This document shows, piece by piece, positions 40,019 to 49,223 of a stretch of 64,000 bases of DNA. Each line of letters begins with the position of its first letter. Position 1 is the stretch's first letter. The stretch is from Rubripirellula sp. (lineage in GTDB: Bacteria; Planctomycetota; Planctomycetia; Pirellulales; Pirellulaceae). The stretch covers positions 1,696,001 through 1,760,000 of the forward strand of contig OZ244207.1 in NCBI GenBank assembly GCA_965216875.1. The letters are read 5' to 3'. A program made the translations under genes and the position numbers. A model generated the notes under the pieces. That model was given only the letters and a program-made list of their open reading frames with translations, was not told the origin of the DNA and ran no database searches.

Positions 40019-40350
40019 CAGGGGACAGGCACCTGTGGGGAGACGGGGAACAGGCACGCAAACGTCGTCTTGGACGAGGCCACGAGTCCTGCATACGTCG
40101 TAGTGGACGAGGCCACGAGTCCCTGAATCACGGATTCTCTCCAGGCTCCGCAGGGGACAGGCACCTGTTTCTGAGGGGCCAGGGCATGGCGTACAGATTG
40201 GCGGGGTGCCGAGAGGGACTCGTAGCCTCGTCCACTACGTGGAAATACGGGGGAGGAAATACAGGGGACAGGCACCTGGGCGTTCAGATTCGAAGTGTGC
40301 GGAGGGGGACTCGTAGCCTCGTCCACTACGGGAGGCGGACGGGGACTCGT
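40019..40350. repeat. REP mosaic: family J (CAGGGGACAGGCACCTG x3) interleaved with family F (GTAGTGGACGAGGCYACGAGTCC x4)
   Basis: J at 40019, 40151 and 40262. F forward at 40071 and 40100, reverse at 40216 and 40307. Confidence 0.88.
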
Positions 40351-40435
40351 GGTGCGGTTCGCTAGCGGATACGATGAATCTTCACATTGCTTTCAAACCA
40401 GATTGGGGCAGAACGATTAGGATCTGGTGCAGCAC

Positions 40436-41965
40436 ATGAGTTCTACAAATCAACCTGACGATGCTCTGGGGTCGGCTTCCGCTGACGACCAGAGACGACG
40501 CCTCGAGCTCGAGCTGATCAAAGTTCGTAGCGAAGCGCAGGCGGCGCGACTCGAAGCAAAAGCAGCCGAGATTGAGCTGATCCTTCGTGAGTGCGGTGAG
40601 CGTACGTCCGTGGCGGAAACCGCCGCGCAAATCGTTCGCGTCGATTCTGCTGCAACCAAAATTTCGAAGTCCGGTTTCAATGACTGGGCTGCAGTCCGCG
40701 CTGTGATGCCAGCGGTCGCCGAGATTCATGATCGCAACGGCGCCGAAACGGCTTCTTCTGGTGGCGATGATGTTTCTGACGCCCAACCGCTTTCGGCGCC
40801 AACATCGCTCGATGACGATTCAGCGTCGGACAGCGAAACGGACGCGACGAATCGCGCAACCCCCGCGGTAGCACGCATCGACGGCGGTCATTCGCGTTTG
40901 CGCCGACCCCACTTCGATAACGACGATTCCGATTCGGCCTCGGCTGAAGGGGAGCCCGATCGGCCAGTTGATGTGGGGATCAAGACAGATGACGGCTCGG
41001 CCCCGAAAGTCCGCTTGGCAGCTGGGGAACTCGATTCCTTTTCAACGGACGAAGAGGAGCTCGAAACACGTCGGCGGCCCGCGGCGTTTGTGGTGAGTGT
41101 TGCGGTCCACGTTGCGATTCTGCTGCTGCTCGCCTTTGTCACGTTGCAAACGCACCGTCCCAAGGACCAGGTCGCGTTATCCGCTTCGGCGCCCGAGGCG
41201 AGCGAGGTTGCGATGGAGACCTTTGAAATCGAATCGAGCGAACCTGAGTCGGAGCCAACCGAGGTGACGCCGGCTGAGACCGAATATGAAATCAGTGATG
41301 TCGGCACGTTCACGACTTCCGACATCAAGCCCGATAAGCCTCCAACGGAAGTCGCTGCACCGACGGAGTCGTTCTCAACCGATTCAGCCGCCAGTGCGAT
41401 GTCGCTCAGCTCGGACTCGGACGCCAAGATTCAGTTTTGCGGCGTCGAAGGAGGCGGGAACCATTTTGTGTACCTCGTCGATAGCTCCAAGAGCATGGAC
41501 GAAGGTTTTCAATCGGCCCGCGATGAACTGCTGCATTCAATCGATTTCCTCAAGCCGGATCAGCGTTTTTATGTCGTGTTCTTTGACGCGGACTCGTCCT
41601 ACATGCGATTGACCAACGCGAATCAGGATGAGCCACGCAGCATGTACGCGACGCCTCAGAACAAAGCAGCACTGAAGCGCTGGGCAATGCGAATCGCAAT
41701 GGACCGCGGCAAGGCTCCCTACGACGCGCTGCGGTTCGCGTTAAAGCTTCGTCCCGACGCGATTTTCCTGCTCTCTGACGGTCAATTCCCACAGGGGATC
41801 GAGGACCTGCTCAAGGAAGAGAACAAGGTTGAGAATCTGTTTGGTGATAGCGGGCCGATCAGTATCGTGCACACGATCAGCTACCACAGCAAGGAAGGCG
41901 AGAGCCGAATGCGGCGCATCGCCGAACAGAACAAAGGCAAATATCGCCACGTCGCGAAGCAGTGA
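40436..41965 (+). CDS. Membrane-anchored protein with a C-terminal vWA domain
   Basis: TM helix SVAVHVAILLLLAFV, MIDAS-like VDSSKSM, FLLSDG and RIAEQNKGKY. Confidence 0.82.
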   Translation: MSSTNQPDDALGSASADDQRRRLELELIKVRSEAQAARLEAKAAEIELILRECGERTSVAETAAQIVRVDSAATKISKSGFNDWAAVRAVMPAVAEIHDRNGAETASSGGDDVSDAQPLSAPTSLDDDSASDSETDATNRATPAVARIDGGHSRLRRPHFDNDDSDSASAEGEPDRPVDVGIKTDDGSAPKVRLAAGELDSFSTDEEELETRRRPAAFVVSVAVHVAILLLLAFVTLQTHRPKDQVALSASAPEASEVAMETFEIESSEPESEPTEVTPAETEYEISDVGTFTTSDIKPDKPPTEVAAPTESFSTDSAASAMSLSSDSDAKIQFCGVEGGGNHFVYLVDSSKSMDEGFQSARDELLHSIDFLKPDQRFYVVFFDADSSYMRLTNANQDEPRSMYATPQNKAALKRWAMRIAMDRGKAPYDALRFALKLRPDAIFLLSDGQFPQGIEDLLKEENKVENLFGDSGPISIVHTISYHSKEGESRMRRIAEQNKGKYRHVAKQ

Positions 41966-42028
41966 GTCTTTCGCGTTCAGGCCTGGCGGCGTCCGCGTTG
42001 GATTGTGCGGGCGTCGAAGCGTACGGCT

Positions 42029-42910
42029 TTAGACCGCGAGTTGGTTGCCACCGCTGCGTTTGGCTTCGCCGAGTCGTTCATCCGATTCCTTGAGCATCTC
42101 TTGAGATGACCCCAATGCTTCGGTTGACGGGGCGCTCATTCCAATGCTGATTGTCGCTTTGATGCTGCGCCGCGTCGTTTCGATCGGGCTCGATTCGACG
42201 GCAATGCGACAGCGTTGGGCAATCTCGGCTGAGTTTTCGAAGTTGGATTCAACGACCAAGATCGCGAACTTATCACCTTCAATTCGGGCGACCACATCAT
42301 CGCGACGCAGTGCGTCTTGAATCCGCTGGGCGATGCTTCGAAGCACTTGGTCGCCAGTGATGCGACCATGTTTATCGTTGATCGTTTGCATTTGATCGAC
42401 ATCAAACATGATCAACGCGATCGGACGACTGTGGCGTTTGCACCGAGCCACTTCGCGATCAAGGGTTTCGATCAAGTAGCGTTGGTTGTAGACGCCCGTC
42501 AGGCCGTCACGCGTCATCATCGAATAGACGGTCTCTTGGTACTGTGATTCGATGTCATCGTCAGCCAAGAAACGAAAGACGCGATTGCCGAGCTGGATGC
42601 GATCGCCAGAAACGAGTGACGATTCGGTGCAAGGTTTCCCGTTGACGACGACCCCGTTCGTGCTGCCAAGGTCGGCGATTACAGTGCCGCCGGCCGCAAC
42701 ACGAATCTCGGCGTGACGCCGCGAGACCGATTCATCGTTGATTGCCAAGTCACAATCGGGGCTGCGCCCAATGACGACATGTTCGCCAAGCGAGACGGGG
42801 CCGGTTTCGAGGTCGAGCGGGTGGAGCTGGACGAGTGACCGCTTTGCGACCTCTTGGCTCGCGAGTCGCGAAAGGCTGGCGAGAGTGCTTTGGCTGCTGT
42901 TGCGTCGCAT
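42029..42910 (-). CDS. FHA plus degenerate GGDEF domain protein
   Basis: FHA motifs IGRS...VSRRHA...DLGSTNG. GGDEF scaffold DGLTGVYN...IND with the signature changed to EGDKF. Confidence 0.9.
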   Translation of the reverse strand: MRRNSSQSTLASLSRLASQEVAKRSLVQLHPLDLETGPVSLGEHVVIGRSPDCDLAINDESVSRRHAEIRVAAGGTVIADLGSTNGVVVNGKPCTESSLVSGDRIQLGNRVFRFLADDDIESQYQETVYSMMTRDGLTGVYNQRYLIETLDREVARCKRHSRPIALIMFDVDQMQTINDKHGRITGDQVLRSIAQRIQDALRRDDVVARIEGDKFAILVVESNFENSAEIAQRCRIAVESSPIETTRRSIKATISIGMSAPSTEALGSSQEMLKESDERLGEAKRSGGNQLAV

Positions 42911-43041
42911 GAAGGATCGTTCGTCGGATGGCGTGGTCGGGTGGCCCTCTTTGTTTGGCCATCACAAACCTTTCTCACCACCGACGGCTCGCCCAAGAAA
43001 ACTGTCTTCGAGCCAACATCCGCTTCGTAGCGGCGGGTGAA

Positions 43042-45237
43042 CTAGAACGAATGTATCGATTCTGATGACGCCACCGACGGAACCTCGTCGCGAATGCCCG
43101 GATTGGTTGGGCGGTGGTCGATGTGGTAGCGGTGACAATCGACGCAACGGTCGCCGGCAGCTTTGGGTGTGTGGCAGGCCGCGCACGATTGACGCGTCAT
43201 TGCTTTGAACTCGCCTGAATCAACCATTCCCAGTCCATGGCTATCACCCGCGGCGGGTGTGACCTGGTGGCAATGCGAACAATCGGCAAGCTGGGCGATA
43301 TTGAGGTGCGGGCCATGCGAGAATTTCGTGAACTCTTGCTTGCCGCCGACCAACGGCCAGCTTTTCCATGAAGCCAAGCCAAGGTGACGCGTTGCCAGCG
43401 AAGGCGGCGCGTCGATTGCGGCTTGGTGACACTCCACACATGCTTTGACCGATGCTTGGGAAAGCAGACGTTTGCGTACGGGATCCGACGGCGAAAGCTC
43501 GGCGATCATCTCGACGATGGATCGCATGACGGGGTCGGCGTGCCCTGCTGCTCGATAGCGAATCGCGAGTCGGATGTCGTCGCGATACCAACCGCCTGAA
43601 GGCAGCATTCGCTCGGAGTCAAATCGCTCGGGTCGCTTTGACGTCGGGGCTTCTGCCGAGAGCAAGCTTGGACTCCCAAGAGGATCGCTGAGCAGGTCAT
43701 CATCCTGCTCGAGGAGAGCATCGCTTCCGATCAAGTCGTCTTCGTCTAGCGAATCATCGAGTCCAAGCAGGTCATCACCACCGAGAAGTTCATCACCTTG
43801 GTCGCCGAACAGTCTTTCGCTTAGTGGCTCGCGTTCGGAGCCGAGATCGTTGATGACTGAATCGTTCGGGTCGGTGTCTGCTTCTTTTCGGTTGAACCAA
43901 CGTTTCGAAGCATCTTGCAGTAACTGAGGCGGCAGCGTTCGCAGGATCTCTTTCGCAAGGTTAGGTGAAACGCCAGCACGCTTGGTCCGCCGCTCAATGG
44001 CTTGCCCGCCGCTGTTGGCGATGTCTTGCACCAGTTCGAAATGGGCGTCGGCCACCGTTTGGCTCGCGGTCGCGCTGCGTTGATCGTTGGGGTCGAGTTT
44101 CGAAAAGTCTCGATTGGGAATGGTGCGAATCGCGGCGGCAACATCTCGGTTGCTTCTCAACAACAATTCGGTCAGCGGTGCAATCGAACCGTCGACCAGA
44201 CCGGTGGCGGATTCCGGCCAACGATAGCGGCCATTGTCCTGCTCGAACCGTTCCGCCACCTCGTCTGGAAGCGACGGCAATGCCAACAGTTCGATACCAT
44301 CGGCACCGACCGTTTGGATCGATTCCGCATGACACGATGCGCAACCACGCTCGAAGGACACTCCACGGGTCAGTTCCCCGTCGACCGTTCGAGTGTGGCA
44401 CTGTGCACATTCGAAACCTTTTGAGAATCGAGCTTCCTTAGATGCGGGGAAATGTTTTCCTGCATGAGAAGCGTGGTCGAACGAGATCGCTCCGCCACGA
44501 CCGTAGGGCCAGCCGTGCCAATCGGGATGCGAATCGGCAAAACTTCCAAACCGTTCGCTGTGGCACGATTGGCATTGCGCGTCGCTCACGGCGAGCAGAT
44601 TCCCGCCGAGTCCCTGGTGTTCTTTGTGGCAGGCCGAGCAGGCAACGTTGGTCTGATCGATTGCGGTAGCCGGCAGGAGGTTTCGCCAGTCTTCGTTGTC
44701 GGAGGTGCTGAGTCGATCGCGACCGCCCAGTGACGCAAACCTCATTTGGGCCAATGCGGTTGCAGGCAGGTTGTGCGCAAACGCGGAGGTCTCGGGGGCA
44801 ATGGTGGCGTGGTGGCAATCCATGCACCGATCCGAGAGGCTGACGCCTCGATGACCTTCGCTGCCTGCTTGAAAGAAGTCGGCGGGTGTGGTGGCGGCGG
44901 CAGGGTGGCAGGATGCACAACGATTGGAGGTTAAGGTGCCGCTTAGGATCTGGGCGTGAGGCGAAGAGAGTTCACCCGGTTTGTAAACAGTCGGGGCCGC
45001 CGAGGGGAAAAGTGATGCGAGCAGGGCCACGGCCGCAAGGGCGACAACGCCTGTGACGATGCGTTTTCGGTGATAGGTCCAAGTGGGTGTCGGCTGACAG
45101 GCTTCCGCAAGCGGGCATTGGCCGGCACCATCGGGTCCTTGCGAACAAGCGTCTTTACCATGGCGTGCACACATCCAGCGATCGCTCGGGCGATCATTGG
45201 CGGGCGGTTGTGGCAGGTCGATTTCTTCGCGTCGCAT
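43042..45237 (-). CDS. Membrane-anchored decaheme cytochrome c
   Basis: Ten CxxCH motifs, c3-like FDHxxH/FSHxxH distal ligands and one N-terminal TM helix. Confidence 0.92.
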   Translation of the reverse strand: MRREEIDLPQPPANDRPSDRWMCARHGKDACSQGPDGAGQCPLAEACQPTPTWTYHRKRIVTGVVALAAVALLASLFPSAAPTVYKPGELSSPHAQILSGTLTSNRCASCHPAAATTPADFFQAGSEGHRGVSLSDRCMDCHHATIAPETSAFAHNLPATALAQMRFASLGGRDRLSTSDNEDWRNLLPATAIDQTNVACSACHKEHQGLGGNLLAVSDAQCQSCHSERFGSFADSHPDWHGWPYGRGGAISFDHASHAGKHFPASKEARFSKGFECAQCHTRTVDGELTRGVSFERGCASCHAESIQTVGADGIELLALPSLPDEVAERFEQDNGRYRWPESATGLVDGSIAPLTELLLRSNRDVAAAIRTIPNRDFSKLDPNDQRSATASQTVADAHFELVQDIANSGGQAIERRTKRAGVSPNLAKEILRTLPPQLLQDASKRWFNRKEADTDPNDSVINDLGSEREPLSERLFGDQGDELLGGDDLLGLDDSLDEDDLIGSDALLEQDDDLLSDPLGSPSLLSAEAPTSKRPERFDSERMLPSGGWYRDDIRLAIRYRAAGHADPVMRSIVEMIAELSPSDPVRKRLLSQASVKACVECHQAAIDAPPSLATRHLGLASWKSWPLVGGKQEFTKFSHGPHLNIAQLADCSHCHQVTPAAGDSHGLGMVDSGEFKAMTRQSCAACHTPKAAGDRCVDCHRYHIDHRPTNPGIRDEVPSVASSESIHSF

Positions 45238-45294
45238 GTTGGGTTAGGTCTCGGTTCGGAATCCGTTCCGTTTTTTGCCCGGGCGATTCCGCAC

Positions 45295-46116
45295 CTAGGA
45301 TGCAAATCGCCAGGCAAGGCATCCGTGGACGATCGCACCGGCCAAGAGCACGATCGAGAACGAGCTGTGGATCACCAGCCACAATCGCAATCGCATTTGC
45401 AACGCAAATTGGTAGTCCAGGTCATCACGCCGGCGAACCAGAGCGGCTAGTCGTCCCGATGTCTCGCGCCCTTCCGATTCGAGGTAACGGTCAAGTTCCT
45501 TCAAGCCGTTGAGCAGTCGGCGACGTCGAGCCCCCGAAGGAGCGAGAACGTAGGCGAAATTGGGTTGAGCTGCAAAGTAGGGACGCAGGTATTGATCGTA
45601 AAAGCCGCCCAAGACGCGAACCGCAGATTGTTCACTCATCTCGTCGAGCAATCCTTGTGCGGCGTCAGAGATTTGATCTCGGTGCCAACCGACGCGGTCG
45701 AACCGATGCTGGCCTTCGACAGCCGAAAGCCGGCGCGGCAAGGTGCGACTTGCGTAAACGCCATACACACCGCTTGCAGAGACCAAGAGAAACACCAGCG
45801 ACAACGCAAACTCAAAGACACCGCCGCCCACCAAAGTCGGGACGTGCATCACATAAACGCCCAAACAAAAGAGGCCGGTGTAGAGATGCACCTGTGTCCA
45901 AGTGCTGGCGTTTCCAAGCGGTAAGATTGGCAACCGACGGCGAACACCGAGCAAAGCTAACAGCACCAATGCCCCCAACGTCGTTGATCCGGTGAAAAAG
46001 GCGACATGCGCGAGTCGGCCCTCTTGGATCCAGGCAATGACCCAAACGACCAACAAAGCAATTGCGGTCACGGCGAGCGACACGCGGCGTCGCATGCGAA
46101 ACGAAAGCTGCGACAT
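45295..46116 (-). CDS. Membrane protein, putative diheme cytochrome b (ferric-reductase-like TM domain)
   Basis: About five TM helices. Two of them carry H-x13-H pairs (HLYTGLFCLGVYVMH and HSSFSIVLLAGAIVH). Confidence 0.75.
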   Translation of the reverse strand: MSQLSFRMRRRVSLAVTAIALLVVWVIAWIQEGRLAHVAFFTGSTTLGALVLLALLGVRRRLPILPLGNASTWTQVHLYTGLFCLGVYVMHVPTLVGGGVFEFALSLVFLLVSASGVYGVYASRTLPRRLSAVEGQHRFDRVGWHRDQISDAAQGLLDEMSEQSAVRVLGGFYDQYLRPYFAAQPNFAYVLAPSGARRRRLLNGLKELDRYLESEGRETSGRLAALVRRRDDLDYQFALQMRLRLWLVIHSSFSIVLLAGAIVHGCLAWRFAS

Positions 46117-46119
46117 CGC

Positions 46120-47958
46120 CTAACTCCTACGATCGAGCCACTGGGCAAGTGGCTTGGAACTACTCAAGTCGATTCTCACCAACGCATCGTGCGGGCAAGC
46201 GGAGGCGCAGGCCGGTCCATTCGGCTGGCTGCTGCAAAGATCGCATTTGGTCGCTTTCACGATCGGCTTGCCGGTTTGCATGTCGGTAAAGGGACGACCT
46301 TGGTGATCATGGACCTGGGCCATGCGAATGTTCTCGTAGGGGCACGACGCCGCACAGGTCCCACAACCAACGCAAATCGGTTCGTGGATTTCAACTACCC
46401 CCGTTGCCTCGTCGCGCGCAATTGAGCCGGTCGGACAACCGATCATGCAAACGGGGTCGCTGCAATGCATACAGGCCTGGACGAACTGGATTCGCTCGTG
46501 CGCGATCCCTTGCCGTACGAATCGAGGATTGCCATCGTGTGCGGCGGCGCAGGCTTTCACGCAATCATCGCATCGTGTGCAGCGATGGAGGTCGACCACC
46601 ATCGCTTGTTGCCCATTGTTTAAACGGTGTTGAACAATGAACTCCAACAAACCGGTCGGCTGGAAGCTGTGCCCGGTTTCACTGGGGAGGTCTTCCCAAC
46701 CACCCTGGTTGCGTTGCTCGCTGCGGTCGGATCTTCGGCGATCGGGTCCCTGATGGTTCGTGTCTTGCGCGTCAGCAACGTTGGCGTCCGAACGGACGAG
46801 CAATTCAGCCGCTGTCTTGGGAAGTTCACTCCGACGCACGTGCGGCAGGATCTCTTCGGCGAACGTTTCGGCCGGAATCAACAGGGCGTCCAAAAAGCCT
46901 ACTGCCCGCAATGCGTGTTGAAGCGTCTTTGCAGCCGAACCTTCGGGACGCAGTGCGTTGTAGGCTAACTCTTCAAGCCCGTAGACGTGTCCTTTGCCTA
47001 GGTAGGCTGTTGTTCGGTTGGATGCGCCATAGTGTTGGCAAAGCCGTCCGAAACCGCTGCGAACGACGATCAAGTCGGTCGGGATGCGGCCCTCTTCCGC
47101 AACCAACGGCTCCGATTCAATCTGCTCGGCCGGTTGTAGTTTGCGTTGCCGCCGATAGTCGGCATTCCATTCCATCTTGCCAAACGAACGCATCTGCGTC
47201 GCCTCGGCAACGCGGTTCAAACTTGCCTCGGGCAGATGCCTTAGCAGCGGAAGTTCGCGCAGGTGAACGGGCAACCAATGAGTGCGGTAGTGATGGTCGA
47301 GCGAATCGGCAAAACCACGATCGCGTCTCAAAACACGCAATCCCTGCCAGCGTATTTCGAGTAGCGTCGCTTCGTTTTCGGCGATCACCGTGGCCGTTCG
47401 TGGTGACCGGTACATCGCTGCCACTTCGCCAAAAAGTTCCCCCGGCCCAAGCGAAACCGATTCGCTGTCGCGAAGAACGATGTCAAAGTCTTGCAAAAAG
47501 ATGGCGGGACGATCATCAACACTGCGCAACGTGCTGCCGACGCCATCCTCGGAACTCGTCGTGACTTCGTGAGGGTGTCGCGCTTCCCGAATGCCTGGGC
47601 GTTTCATGAATCGCCGCAATGCTTCGCCCCAGGTCAGCTTTTCTTTGGGGGCCCGTCCCAGTTTCTCGGGGGAGAGCGAATCGACCATCACCGCAACGCT
47701 GCCGGCGAGCACCAGGAAGGCGCTGTTGCCATAATCGCCTTCGCGGACGATCACTTCGCCCGGTTCGCAACGCCGAATGCGACAATCGTTGCGAAGAATC
47801 CCATCGAGCGGAATCGAGCGAGGAAACGATTTCGGATCCATCCCCGAAAACGGTTCGCGCGAGCGCAGCCAACAAACGTCGGCATCACTCATTGACGCGT
47901 CCATCGGCTCGCTCCACCGCTGTGGGCGACGCACGGCTATCGTTTCACCCGTTTCCAT
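46120..47958 (-). CDS. Cyclic-nucleotide-binding plus 4x[4Fe-4S] (DmsB/NrfC-type) protein
   Basis: cNMP motifs VIVREGD...FGEVA...PRTATV plus a second degenerate cNMP domain. Cys groups CTRCDDCVKAC, CMHCSDPVCMIGCP, CVGCGTCAASCP and CDLC...CASACP. Confidence 0.92.
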   Translation of the reverse strand: METGETIAVRRPQRWSEPMDASMSDADVCWLRSREPFSGMDPKSFPRSIPLDGILRNDCRIRRCEPGEVIVREGDYGNSAFLVLAGSVAVMVDSLSPEKLGRAPKEKLTWGEALRRFMKRPGIREARHPHEVTTSSEDGVGSTLRSVDDRPAIFLQDFDIVLRDSESVSLGPGELFGEVAAMYRSPRTATVIAENEATLLEIRWQGLRVLRRDRGFADSLDHHYRTHWLPVHLRELPLLRHLPEASLNRVAEATQMRSFGKMEWNADYRRQRKLQPAEQIESEPLVAEEGRIPTDLIVVRSGFGRLCQHYGASNRTTAYLGKGHVYGLEELAYNALRPEGSAAKTLQHALRAVGFLDALLIPAETFAEEILPHVRRSELPKTAAELLVRSDANVADAQDTNHQGPDRRRSDRSEQRNQGGWEDLPSETGHSFQPTGLLEFIVQHRLNNGQQAMVVDLHRCTRCDDCVKACAAAHDGNPRFVRQGIAHERIQFVQACMHCSDPVCMIGCPTGSIARDEATGVVEIHEPICVGCGTCAASCPYENIRMAQVHDHQGRPFTDMQTGKPIVKATKCDLCSSQPNGPACASACPHDALVRIDLSSSKPLAQWLDRRS

Positions 47959-48028
47959 CGCTAGCGGTCCGTACCAAATCCGAACCGCCAGCCTCAAGGC
48001 GAAACCATTTGCAAGCAAAGCGGGGCGA

Positions 48029-48246
48029 GTAGCTACGCTCGCCAGAGCGCGGAGGGAAGCGAGTTCACTAGTTCGTAGTACCGAGCTTTAGCCGGAATCT
48101 TCAGGCCCTTCCGCCTAAAGGCGGGACCACGAACCGATCGTGAGCCGCACGCGCTAGCGTCGGGCCTTTCATGACTCAACGCATTCCACCTTCTGGCGAA
48201 GGTAGCTACGCAGGTATCACGCTATTTTCGCGGAGCGAAAGGCGAC
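48029..48246. repeat. REP mosaic: family A arms enclosing family I and B elements, then family C
   Basis: A arms at 48029 and 48186-48209, I (GTTCGTAGTACCGAGCTTTAGCCGG) at 48071, B at 48140, C near 48222. Confidence 0.87.
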
Positions 48247-48249
48247 GAT

Positions 48250-49023
48250 TTACTTTCGCTTGAGGACGAACAAGGCGTCGGTGAGGTCGTTGTCGAAATC
48301 GCGGGGTTCATCGATGTCATAATCGAAATCGAAGATCTCGGCGATTTCGAACACGTCGTTCACCTTGGCCAGCAGTCGCTTGGCTTGTGCGGGGGTATAG
48401 ATCCGCAGCGGAAACTCACTCTTGATGCGTTCGACCTTGCCCGAGCGTTTCTCGGCTTTCACCGAGACGCGCAGCATCTCTTGTCGGGCTTTGCGATCAA
48501 AATCGATCACCTTCAGTGTCACGTTGACTTTTGTGCCACCATGTTTTGCCGTCCAACGTTCCGTGCACTCGGGATCGGCATCCATCGGAATCAAGTGAAA
48601 GCCGAGGATGTAGATCCCACCCTGTCGCAGATTGTCGGCGACGCTGCGCAGGTGGGCGATCGCGTCGTCTTCCTCGATCAGGTGCCGAAAGGTGTTGAAG
48701 GTGCAAAAGACGGCATCAAATTTTGTTTTGAAGCTCATCCGCGTCATGTCGCCACAAACCAACTCGGCATCGAGGCCGCGGCGGTCGAGTCGTCGGCGGA
48801 GGTACTTGAGCATCGGCTCGCTGAGATCAAGCGCGGTGACGTCGTAGCCCTTTGCCGCCATTTCAGCGACGAGGCGGCCACTGCCGCAGCCCGGTTCAAA
48901 AACGCGTTTCACCCTGCCCTTGGTAAAGCGATCGAACGCCAATTCAAAGAAACGGATCTCGGCCGCGGTTTCGTCGCGAAAGACCATGTCAAAGTACTGG
49001 GGGTGGTCATACCAGGAAGCCAT
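48250..49023 (-). CDS. Class I SAM-dependent methyltransferase
   Basis: FEPGCGSG, LDLSEPML, GDMT and FNTFRHL. Confidence 0.92.
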   Translation of the reverse strand: MASWYDHPQYFDMVFRDETAAEIRFFELAFDRFTKGRVKRVFEPGCGSGRLVAEMAAKGYDVTALDLSEPMLKYLRRRLDRRGLDAELVCGDMTRMSFKTKFDAVFCTFNTFRHLIEEDDAIAHLRSVADNLRQGGIYILGFHLIPMDADPECTERWTAKHGGTKVNVTLKVIDFDRKARQEMLRVSVKAEKRSGKVERIKSEFPLRIYTPAQAKRLLAKVNDVFEIAEIFDFDYDIDEPRDFDNDLTDALFVLKRK

Positions 49024-49223
49024 GCGGTGGTCCGAGTCGCTGTCGAGTGGGCGTTGAGCAGTTCAGGTGAGGCAAAATGTAGTGCCTCAAGCGGCCACAA
49101 TCGAGATGGGCGCCGGCAATCTCAACCTCCGATGCGCCCGAGCCAAGTCGTTTACGCGTAAACTCAGGTCGTAGGTGCCGGTATTCATGCCACCCTTTTG
49201 AGTCCACGTTCGAGCCGAATTCG

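Noticed and set aside
40019..40350. Possible CRISPR array (CAGGGGACAGGCACCTG x3)
   Set aside because: The repeat is only 17 bp, spacing is irregular (132 and 111 bp), the spacers contain other REPs, and there are no cas genes.
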